Part shown: positions 49,250 through 59,289 of the stretch, in pieces
Layout: each line of letters opens with the position of its first letter
Position numbering within the stretch: position 1 is the first letter of the stretch
Source of the DNA: Mobula hypostoma
Lineage: Eukaryota
Assembly: GCF_963921235.1 (NCBI RefSeq)
Contig: NC_086101.1
Location: forward strand, 31,682,001 to 31,746,000
Length of the DNA: 64,000 nucleotides
Direction of reading: 5' to 3'
Program-made: the position numbers and the translations under genes
The notes under the pieces: generated by a model
The model's database searches: none
What the model saw: the letters and a program-made list of their open reading frames with translations, nothing else
What the model was told of the DNA's origin: nothing

Positions 49250-51250
49250 TGCTGTAATACAGATACATCTGACTTTAGCTTCTCCCCAGATTTCAGGGTG
49301 AATTCGACCATATTATGATCATTTTTCCCAAGGGTTATTTTACTTTAAGCTCTGTAATCAATTCTGGTTCATTGCACAACACCCAATCCAGAATAACTGA
49401 TTCTCTAGGGTGCTGAACCACAAGATGCTCTAAAAAGCCATCTCATAGGCACTCTAAAATCCAGCACCAACGTGATTTTCCCAATCTACCTGCATATTGA
49501 AATCCCTCATGACTATTGTAACATTGCCCTTTTGGCATGCATTTTCTATCTCCCAATGTAATTTGTAGGCCACATCTTTACTACTGTTTGGGGGTCTGTA
49601 CACAACTCCCCTTGCAGTTCCTTAGCTCTATCCACAATGATTCAACACTTTCCGACCCTATGTCAGCCCTTTCTAATGATCTGATTTCATTTTTTAGCAA
49701 CAAAGCACTGCCACCTCCTCTGCCTTCCAGCCTATCCTTTCGATACATTAAGCTCCCAGCTATAATCTTTCAGCCGTGATTCAGTGATGCCTACAACATC
49801 ATAACTGCCAATCTGCAACAGTGCTACAACTTCACCTACCTTATTCTGTATACTGCCCGCATTCAGATACCACACCTTCAGTCCTATACTCACCCTTCTC
49901 AATTCTGTCTGCCTTTTATGTTGCAACTCATTCTGTCGATTGCAAGTTTGCCCTATCAACAATCTCCCCTCAACACACATTGCCTCTGTTTGCAAACCAG
50001 CTACCTCATCGTCAGCACTATTATCCACCAACCTGATTACGGCACTTCTTGCATTGAAATATAGGGAGCGCAGGGCACTTGTCACACTGTGCTCAACCTT
50101 TTTATCCCTGACTTTGTCTGAGGTCTTACCAACATCTGCCTTCACAAACTCTCCACTAATTTTTCTGGCACTCTGGTTCCCATTCCCCTGTCCCATCATG
50201 CAACATTAACAAACCTTCCCACTAGGATATCAGTTCTCCTCCAGATCAGGTGCAAACCGTCCCTCTTGTACATATCCTACCTTCCCTGCAGGAGATCCCA
50301 ATGATCCAAAAATTGTATGTCCTTCCTCCTACACCAACTCCTTAGCCACGTATTAAACTGTATAATATTTCTAGTTCTAGACTCATTAGCACATGGCATG
50401 GGATCACAACTTTGAAAGTCCTGCCCTTTAACTTACCACCTAACTCCCTGAAATCCCTATGCAGAATCTCTTCACTCATTCTATCCATGTCATTGGTACC
50501 TACATGGACCAGGATTTCTGGCTGTTCACCCTCCCACTTAAGAATGCTGAGGACTCAGTCCAAAATATCCCGGACCCTGAAACCCCAGAGGTAACATACC
50601 ATCCAGGAATCCCATTCTCACCCTCAAAACCTCCCATCCATTCCCGTAACAGATCCCCTATCACATCATGCCTCTTCTTTTCTGAGTCACGGAGACAGAC
50701 TTAGTTCCAGAGACCTGACCACTGTGCCTTTCCTCTGTTAGGTCATCTGCCCTGACAGTATTCAAAGTGATAGTGCTGTTGTTGAGGGGGATGGCCACAG
50801 GGATACTCTGCATTAGCTCCTTAACCCCTTTCCCCTTCCTGTCACCTAGTTTCTTGTGACCTGCACCTTGTCCTATCTATCACTTCAGTCTCCCGAATGA
50901 TCTGGAGTTCTTCCAGTTCCAGATCCAACTTCTTAACACAGTTGTTAAAAGCTGCAGCTGGATGCACTTCTCGCAGTTGTAGTCGTCAGGGACATTGGAG
51001 GTCTCCCTGCCTTCCCACATCCCACAAGAGGAAAACCTTACTATCCTGCCTGGCATCCCTACTGTCATAGCTGAGCAGATCTAAAGAATAGAATGAAAAC
51101 AAAGTGAGCTTTTCTTTCCTTTGCTTTCTCTGAGTGAAGCCTCGAAGAGCTAAAGCCTTGAGATCACCTCTCTGACTATGCTCACTCAGACAACAGCCAC
51201 TGTGCTTGTCCCTGCCTTCCTTTAATTTGCTCTTACTAATGAGCCCCAAA
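49250..51250 (-). mobile_element. CR1 endonuclease and ORF1 remnants
   Basis: YLNAGSIQNK..YDVVGITES (ORF 49732-50199); ORF1 zinc finger CSSCGMWE..YNCEKCIQLQLL (ORF 50880-51068). Confidence 0.78.
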
Positions 51251-51559
51251 TGCTGAGTGGCACCTGGTCAAAGCTCTATTATGTGCTTGTAAACCGCTCC
51301 TTCCTTTTATCCTCGAGCAGTGGACCTGACTGAAGTCCCCCCTCTTCAAGTCTACCCTCTCTGCCCTCAGAAGGTACCGCTGACTTCACACTCCGCGTGG
51401 CTGAAGGCACTCAGTACCAGTACCTGTGCACCATCATCCAATTCCATTTACACTATATTCCTAGACCAGGTGACTAAAATAAGGTATTTATTTTATGTAC
51501 AAGGGATTCTGCAGATGCTGGAAATTCAGAGTAACAGTCACACCTCCCCCTCCTTCCCT

Positions 51560-52230
51560 CCACTCAGCCTCACTGTCCTTCCCACCCTCGGTTCACATTC
51601 TCCTCCCTCCCTGAGAGGGAATGTTGTTAAGAAGGCATATGGTGTCTTGGCATTCATCAACCATGGGATTGAGTTCAAGAACCATGAGGTAATGTTACAG
51701 CTATATAAGAACCCTCTTGGAGTACTGTGTTCAGTTGTGGTCACCTCACTACTGGAAGGATGTGACTACAATAGAAAGAGTGCAGAGGAGATTTACAAGG
51801 ATGTTACCTGGATTGGAGAGCATGACTTATGAGAATAGGTTGAATGACCTTGGCCTTTTCTCCCTGGATCGACGGAGGATGAGAGGCATTGATCGTGTGG
51901 ATAGCCAGAGGCTTTTTTCCCAGGGCTGAAAAGGTTAACACGAGGAGGTATAGTTTTAAGGTGCCTGAAAGTAGGTACAAGGGAGATGTCAGAGGTAAGT
52001 TTTACACAGAGAGAGTGGTGGGTGCGTGGAATGCACTGCCTGCAACGATGGTAGAGGTGGATACAATAGGGTCTTTTAAGAGACTCTTAGATAGGTACAT
52101 GGAGCTTATAAAAATAGAGGGCTATGAGGTAGGGAAATTCTAGACAGTTTTAGAGTAGGTTACATGGTCAGCACGACAGTGTGGGCCGAAGGGCCTGTAA
52201 TGTGCTGTGGATTTCTATGTTCTATGTTCT
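51560..52230 (+). mobile_element. CR1 3' end
   Basis: EYCVQLWSPHYWKD..ERVQRRFTRMLPG; typical CR1 3' UTR. Confidence 0.8.
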
Positions 52231-52689
52231 CCCAAAGATGGCTGATAAGTTGTCCTGTAAGCCCACCATCCCACTCTGCTACATACAGTAGGTCTTTCTC
52301 TGGTAGTGAGTTCCCATTTGCCCCACAGGCCAGGTGGAGACGTCGTTCTCTGACCCTCGCTCTGATTTGATGCCTGTCCTAAATTGGTGCCTCTGGACAG
52401 TTTGCAGATCCCAACCTCCGGTGCTGTAGGTGTGGCGTTTCCGTATTCTCCCTGTGACTGTGGATTTCCCCGTGAAGGTCCATTTTCTTCCCACATCCCT
52501 AAGACTGCTGTAGTGTCTATGACTCTTTGGCTGTGAGAGGGAATGAGATCAGGGTTACTGGATTTCCTCTGCTGGGAGCTGGCAGTGACCTGATAGACTG
52601 ATGGCCTCTTCCCGTGTTGTGAAAATTAGGTTCAGTAGGTCTTTACCTACTCCTGAGATTCCTAAGGTTGTCATAGCCGGGGTGGTAGT

Positions 52690-53245
52690 AGGGATAAGCT
52701 CCCACTACCTATAAAGTGCTCCAAATGGCATGCGACTCTAACAGCCTCTGACAACCAAATCCAACCCTTGGCCTTTGCGTGTGGCCCAGCTACTAGACCC
52801 AGCAGAACTGTTTCTACTGACAAGAGAAGAGGCAAAGGCAGACCACTGATGCCTCAAAACCCGTTGTTTCAGGCAGGTAGGGTTCATCAGCCTTGGACGG
52901 CAGCCCACCTAAGAGAAGGAAAACTGATTTTAAACTTCTGCTGTCTTGTGGCCATACCCACTCACGGGAAAGGCTTCAGGAGTAAACCTGGAGGAAGAAA
53001 TCTGGAGCAGTTTGATGTTGTTTACAACTTCACTCTGGCAACCTCTGTGATGACACTGGTGCCAAGCTCTATCAATGCTTGCCCTTCCCTTGGACTACAT
53101 CAGTGATGTGGAGAGATGGAACTCACTGCATGAGCAACAGCTGGTTCTTCAAATCTTCCCGCCTAGACTTGCGCCCTGGAGAGGACACAGTCCACCAGAG
53201 ATGCAAACTCATGATCCCCCAAGATCGACAGCTGCCTACTACTAC
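52690..53245 (+). mobile_element. Non-autonomous element, probably RTE-derived (longer copy)
   Basis: Matches 25680-26065 in the opposite orientation. Confidence 0.5.
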
Positions 53246-54086
53246 CTGCTCCTAAACCTTATGATTTTACATTGGAGGAGCCAAACACAGTCTGGCTGAC
53301 TATTGTACAGAAAATCTCTTTCAGTCCATAGGGTGGCCCTAATCCTCCAATTACTTTAATTTTCCATTCCACTCCCACTGTGATTTCCCACACTGATCCA
53401 CTGAAGCCTCAGCATAAAAGTCTAAGTCACATTGCTGATATCATCACTCAGCAATTAATTCAGGTATTCCAGATAACCAGTGTTCCTCTTTATTCTGATG
53501 CAAGACCACTAACTGGCAAAGATAACTCGGTTCCTCTTCACAGGCCCTGCTTGAGTCTCAGATTTCAGATTTACAGCATTTCAGTTCTCCATCTCATAGT
53601 TTCAGTACTTTGTTTCTTTCTTCTGTCCTCCTTCCTGCCCATCTGTTCACACTTCATCAAATAGATTACCTATGATTCACCAACATTCTTTCATTACAGG
53701 GTGTGATGAATATCGCCTGGATCAGGGGTGATCAGAGGCCTCCCCTGGTCACACCACCCTGCCCCATCGCTGCAACTTAACATTCTTCTTTTCTCATTTC
53801 CCAAGTTCTGATGAAGGGTTTCTCTCCCACAGATACCACCTGACCTGCTGAGCGTTTCCAGCATTCCCTGATTTTTTCAGATTTCCCACATCATGGAATT
53901 TATTTTCTTTTTCACTCAATACAGCACCCATCTGTACTCACCCCATGCTCCAAATAGCCCAGAGTGCATGGTATTTACACAGGATCACCTGCTTATGGCT
54001 GGAACAGAAAGTTAATAGATCAGGTGACCGTAGAACTACCCTGGAATCAGCTCCCACCACCACCTAGTAACCTGGTCCATACTAAC

Positions 54087-54367
54087 CCCAGAAGACAACT
54101 CTTGGCTCCTTCATAGCCTCATGCTCCACATGGCAGGAGTACATATCTCCAGGACTTGGCACAAAGCTCAGGTAGGAGAATCTCTGGAAGGAGGAGTCGC
54201 TCTTCAGGTAGTACTCTGTGGTGTTGACTCTACCAGTCACAGGATTCTTGTTCCGTTTCCACGTCATCCTGATGATCGGAGGATAGATCCGTCAGCCAGA
54301 CAAATCAAAGTGTTGGGCTGACCCCACTCCACGGGTTCCTCGGGGTACATGGCAGTCTGAGGGAGAA
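54087..54367 (-). CDS. MHC class II alpha exon 3 (alpha2 Ig-C1 domain) with -1 frameshift
   Basis: gcctacAG acceptor and GTTAGT donor; LPQTAMYPEEPVEWGQPNTLICLADG[F]YPPIIRMTWKRN..YSCHVEH..VFW; 281 nt, one short of the 282 nt needed to stay in frame. Confidence 0.93.
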
Positions 54368-54619
54368 CTGTAGGCAGACAGCGTGAATACAGGTTAACCA
54401 AGGTGAAAGGGCATAGAAAATCTAATGTGTGGGGGTGGAAGTGTAGGATGGAGAGACCCATACCAGCCCACACCCAATGGGAACCCAGTGGAGACAACAA
54501 AAATGTGTTTTCAGATTTCCAACCAAACATTGGGTGAGATAATGAAATGGTTGGTTTATCTTGGCCACAACATCTGGTCTCAGGTGTTTGCCAGCAGTGA
54601 CTTCCATCAGTAAAATCTA

Positions 54620-55330
54620 CACCATCATCCCCCCCCCCACTCACACTTCCCCAGACTCTGTCAGCTCCTCACACTCTCCCCACCTCCTCATAGCCCATCA
54701 CCCATTCACACTCCTCCAGCAACCTCGTCGACCTCAAGATTAAAGGATCTCGATCTGAAATGTTAATTGTCCATTTCCCACCACAGATGCTGCCTGGCTC
54801 CATGTCTGAAGATTTACTTTCAGGGACTCTGCATTTCTTGGTCTGTGTGCTATTGTGCCAAGATGAGGCCACCCTCAGGGTGGAGGAACAACACCTTATA
54901 TTCAATCTTGAGTAGCCTCCAACCAGATGACATGAATATGAATTTCACCCTCCAGTAAACAAAGTTCCCCCTTCCCTTCTTCCTCTGCTCCCCACTCTGA
55001 GCTTTTCCCTCTTCTCACCTGCCTGTTACTTCCCCCAGGACCCTCCTCCTTCCCTTTCTCCTCTGGTCCACTCTCCTCTCCTATCAAATTCCTCACTCTC
55101 CAGCCCTCGACCTTTCCCTCCCACCTGGGTTCACCTATCACCTTCCAGCTATCCCCTCCCCCCAGCTCTTTATTCTGGCATCTTCCCCCTTTTTCCTCAG
55201 TCCTGATGAAGGGTCTTGGCCCAAAACAGTGACTATTAACTCTTTGCCATAGATGCTGCCTGACCAGCTGAGTTCCTCCAGCATTTTGTGTGTGTTGTTT
55301 TGTGTTATTTGTTTATTTTTTACTCTTTGC
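54620..55330 (+). mobile_element. Penelope-like 3' end with pLTR and a degenerate hammerhead (intron 2)
   Basis: gaggaacaacaccttatattc (EEQHLIF) near 54885; cagtcCTGATGAagggtcttggcccAAAA at about 55198. Confidence 0.75.
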
Positions 55331-55776
55331 ACAATTTGTTCTTTTCTCGCACACTGGGTGTTGATATTCTTTGTAGTGTAGATTTTTTTAAATCGGCTCT
55401 ATTGTGTTTCTTTATTTTGTGGCTGCTTGAAAGAGACAAATCTCAAGGATGTACATAGCCTACGTACTTTGATAATAAATGTACTTTGAACTTTAACCCA
55501 CTGAGTTCCTCCAGCAGGTTATTTGTTTCTCCAGAGCCCAAGAGGTATCGGCCCTGAGTGAGTGAACTGTGGAAGGGCCCGGACTAGTGGGGTGTTGCAG
55601 TGTTTCCCAGGATTGGGGAATGCGAAGGTTAAAAAAGAGGGGTTGGATTGTGTGAAGGACCAGCCAGGAGCTGAGGTTGAGGAGGGATTGAAGTGGCACT
55701 CAGCCCCAGGCTGGTCCCCGGACAGACCCCATTACCCAGGGCCCAATGACACCACCCCCAACCCCTACTCTCTCAC

Positions 55777-56025
55777 ATTTAGGTTCTAGGCTCCCTTGGA
55801 ACAGGTTCTTCCAAATATTTAAATTTTATTTCACGATGGCCATACTAGCCGAGATAGTCGCCTCTTCTCCCTCCATCACTTGGTCCGCGAACTCGGGGAT
55901 CCGTGGCACCTCCTTCTTCAGATTGAAGTCCATGTACAAAATCTCATCGCCATCAAACAAAACATCGAACTGTTTGTCAGGACTGCGGTCCTGGGTAATA
56001 TAGACCATGTGATCCTCATGTAGGT
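55777..56025 (-). CDS. MHC class II alpha exon 2 (alpha1 domain) with premature stop
   Basis: cccacAG acceptor and GTGAGA donor; 249 nt; LHEDHMVYITQDRSPDKQFDVLFDGDEILYMDFNLKKEVPRIPEF..AIVK*NLNIWKNLFQGSLEPK. Confidence 0.93.
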
Positions 56026-56815
56026 CTGTGGGAGAAGAAACGCGATCAGCTGAGAGCAAGGAGAGAGCTAGGTCGTGTTGGGGAATAGGGGGGAGCCTGA
56101 GGAAATGCCAGACAATGGGAGGGAGTGAACCCAGGGGCCAGCAGGGAGCAGATGGAGAGAGGGGAGCCCGGGGTGCAGCTGGGATCCGTGTCAAAGCAGA
56201 GTAAAGGCAGTAACACAAAATTTATTGTGTGTTCAGGCACGTCACCCATGAATGAACAGCACAGAGCCCAGATGGCAGAATCAAATACAACGAATGACCA
56301 GATGTTAAATGGTAAATGATTTATTACTGTTGCTAAATGAACCAATATACTGAGCCGTAACCTTTGAAACTTGGCAAATTGGTGCAAGAGAGAAACCCCA
56401 ATTTAGATTCTGATCCCAACATCAGATCACCATGAACTGATCACTATTTTGAACAGACCTGAAAAACTGTAACACTGTCTCAGACTATATTATCTTATTC
56501 CCTCTCAACTTGCACTGGTATAGTTATTCTTATTGCACACGTTATATATAATTTATGTTAATTTTAGTCTGTTTGTCATGTCCGCAATGTACTGTAGAAA
56601 GAAGAAGAAAGAGAAGTTGCCTTTTCACTCACGAGAGAGCATAGGCCACCAACTTTTGCTGTTGACGTTTCTGTAGCAGGCAATTTGTTTTTTACGAGGT
56701 CCGGTGGCTAGCTCAGAGCTCAACCCAGCACGGATGGAAAGCATGCACGGGAGCCGGCTGGATTCGAACTTGGGAGCCTTCACTCCGAAGTCCGGCACTG
56801 ATGCCACTACGCCAC

Positions 56816-57681
56816 TGTTGTAAGTGAGGAAACAGATTCAATAGGACAAGGATTCTGGACACGTAGTCTTGGTAGTAAAGGATTTTATTTACAGAAGGCA
56901 AACGTGGGGAAATAGCACAGAAGCAACACACACATGTGCACAATTTATGGTAGTCAGATTGCCAATAAAACACACGTGGATAATTAATAANNNNNNNNNN
57001 NNNNNNNNNNNNNNNNNNNNNNNNNNNNNNNNNNNNNNNNNNNNNNNNNNNNNNNNNNNNNNNNNNNNNNNNNNNNNNNNNNNNNNNNNNNNNNNNNNNN
57101 NNNNNNNNNNNNNNNNNNNNNNNNNNNNNNNNNNNNNNNNNNNNNNNNNNNNNNNNNNNNNNNNNNNNNNNNNNNNNNNNNNNNNNNNNNNNNNNNNNNN
57201 NNNNNNNNNNNNNNNNNNNNNNNNNNNNNNNNNNNNNNNNNNNNNNNNNNNNNNNNNNNNNNNNNNNNNNNNNNNGTACCTGACACCCCTTGACTCTGTG
57301 CGGGCATGGCTCCTATGATATTAGGGACAATACCCACACTCCTAACCCTATTCAATGCACAACTCACCAACAACAGGGTGGCCCCTCGGAGGTAGCAAAA
57401 AAAGAGAGGGTCAAGCACACGTGGCTTCCTTTATAGTGCAGCAGGGATGATGAGTCCAGCCCAGGTGGTTCACAGGGAAGCCAATGGCTCGGTGCCAGCA
57501 GGGTTAAGCTGATTACAAAGGCCAATTGCCCGAGGTCAAGTACAAGGCTAATTAAAGGGGCCAGCGGTTAGGTGTGCATTGATGGGCGAGGAGGGGTCAA
57601 ACCTTGATTCGCAGGTGGCGTGTCTTTCGACCAGGTAAATGGGCAGTGCTGTCACGTGACAGTCACGACCCCTCCAATACA
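56816..57681 (-). mobile_element. LTR (solo, or collapsed provirus) spanning the assembly gap, 5-bp TSD
   Basis: TGT..ACA ends; GCCAC at 56811-56815 and 57682-57686; minus-strand TATAAAGG near 57430 and AATAAA near 56885. Confidence 0.75.
56991..57275. other. Assembly gap (285 N)
   Basis: Run of N characters. Confidence 1.
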
Positions 57682-59289
57682 GCCACCAGCTGGTGCAATA
57701 TACTGTGCTGGGTCAAAATTCTAATTATCATGGCATTTATACCCTAGGTATGCCTGACAATAAATTTGATATTAAGCAGAATTAAAACTCTAATTCAAGA
57801 TAAAATTGGTCAGCAATAAATAAGAGCAATAACAGCTAGGGGTGGTGGTTAAGGCTGATCCATTAGGGATATTTACGTGACTCATGGGTAAGCACACGGA
57901 TGTAGGAAAACTGGAGAGCTATAAGCTGCGCAGGATGGAAGGGTGAGATTGATCGTGGAGTAGGGTAAAAGGTCGGCATAATACAGTGGGCTGAAAGGCC
58001 TGTGCTGTACTGTTCTGTGTTTTAACTCCTGACATAACGAGCCTCCTAACTAAAGTAACTCCAAACATTAAACAGCAATAAATATGATTTAATACAAAAT
58101 ATAATATTAAACAGACCGCAAAATTAAACAATGAAATAACTTATCAAACAATAACCCCGATCTGAAATATCAATACTCCACCAGCAATAAATCACAGTAA
58201 ATATATGCAATGAATCTTACTATTATTCTGAGATCAACTCAAATATTAAGCTATTCCAAAAAATAAACAACAGTAAAATCACTACATTATTCAGCAATAA
58301 AGCTCAATATCAAACTGTGATAAAATCACACTGTCAAAAATTTTCATTGTTGACTGCTTTTCAAGTGGTCATAGTGGGGTACTGGTAAGGTCTTCAATGA
58401 GCATTAACTGGGCCTTGGGTAAACCTCAGTGGCTTTGTCCTGACACCTTCTGTGCCCCAGTCAGGAATTCACTCAGATTCTGATGAGTCTAATGCAATCA
58501 CTAATAAATTAGTTCCTTAAAATCTGATAAGTGAAAACTTTGCCGTTGTACTAAACTGCAGTCACAGGTTGTAGTAATCTGGTTTATGTAATTAGTTATT
58601 TTAGATTGTGCATTTTCACAGGATTATTTCAGAATAAGCAATTGTAAAGGAATCACAATTATTTTTATGTTTATTTGCGATGTTTCTGTTTTTTTCATTT
58701 TACTGTGTGAGAGTAATGGACTCATCACTCAGAATGCTCACTGATAACTGAGGAGTTAAATGGTTCCAGAGTGTGGTGATTCTTTGAGGGTTGTCCCCAG
58801 CAGATTCCCTCATTATAGTCACTCTATTCTTTTAAATCTCAATTCTAAGACTGTAAGAATTACTTAAACTGTTCTCTTAAATCTCCCGAACCCAAATGGA
58901 CCCAATCAGTGAGACTGAAAATGGTCCCGAGTTACAGGAGTGCCCAGCTAGTGAACACTTACTGCTGGCGCTGGAAATGCAGTCTCCAATGTTTGAATAG
59001 ATGAGTGACCTACCAGACTTTTGAAGGCCTGACCCAGACATGAACATTGATCTGTGGGAGTGGCCTACCCCACTATCCCATCCCGGGCACAACTGAACAA
59101 AAGGCCTGATAATGTGGAATGCCCACACCATGACCTGATATTAAAAACCAAATGTCCAGAACACCCAACACTGTGAACTGATTCCTGGACTTCACCTGAT
59201 ATCTTTGACTATCTTCTGGATCAGTGATTCCACATTCCAATTGTGCCAACCATAGTCACTCTCCCAGGAAAAGTGGGAGGAGGTCTGGG

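Larger units (their letters stand above)
39403..56025 (-). pseudogene. MHC class II alpha-chain gene (shark DAA-like), disabled in this sequence; exon 1 not found
   Basis: Three phase-1 exons with AG/GT sites encode alpha1, alpha2 (Ig-C1) and TM/CYT. In-frame TAA at 55826-55828 and a 1-bp deletion near 54287. Confidence 0.9.
56640..57695 (-). mobile_element. tRNA-derived SINE split by an LTR
   Basis: B box GTTCGAATCC (56759-56768, minus) and A box TGGCGTAGTGG; the head resumes after 57681. Confidence 0.65.

Noticed and set aside
56869-57418. ORFs 56869-57318 (+) and 56984-57418 (-)
   Set aside because: Artefacts of translating through the N gap.
57682-57698. CTCF-like GCCACCAGCTGGTGC
   Set aside because: It is the LTR TSD plus the SINE head, and a weaker match than the site at 62894.
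58902-58940. Minus-strand Y box CTGATTGG with an upstream CCTGTAAC (X-box-like) as the class II alpha promoter
   Set aside because: The X-to-Y spacing is 21 nt versus about 25 in DRA, the X match is poor, and no leader exon follows.
58961-59060. Minus-strand segment ending in a phase-1 GTAAGT donor as exon 1
   Set aside because: The translation (MFMSGSGLQKSGRSLIYSNIGDCISSAS) is not a hydrophobic signal peptide.
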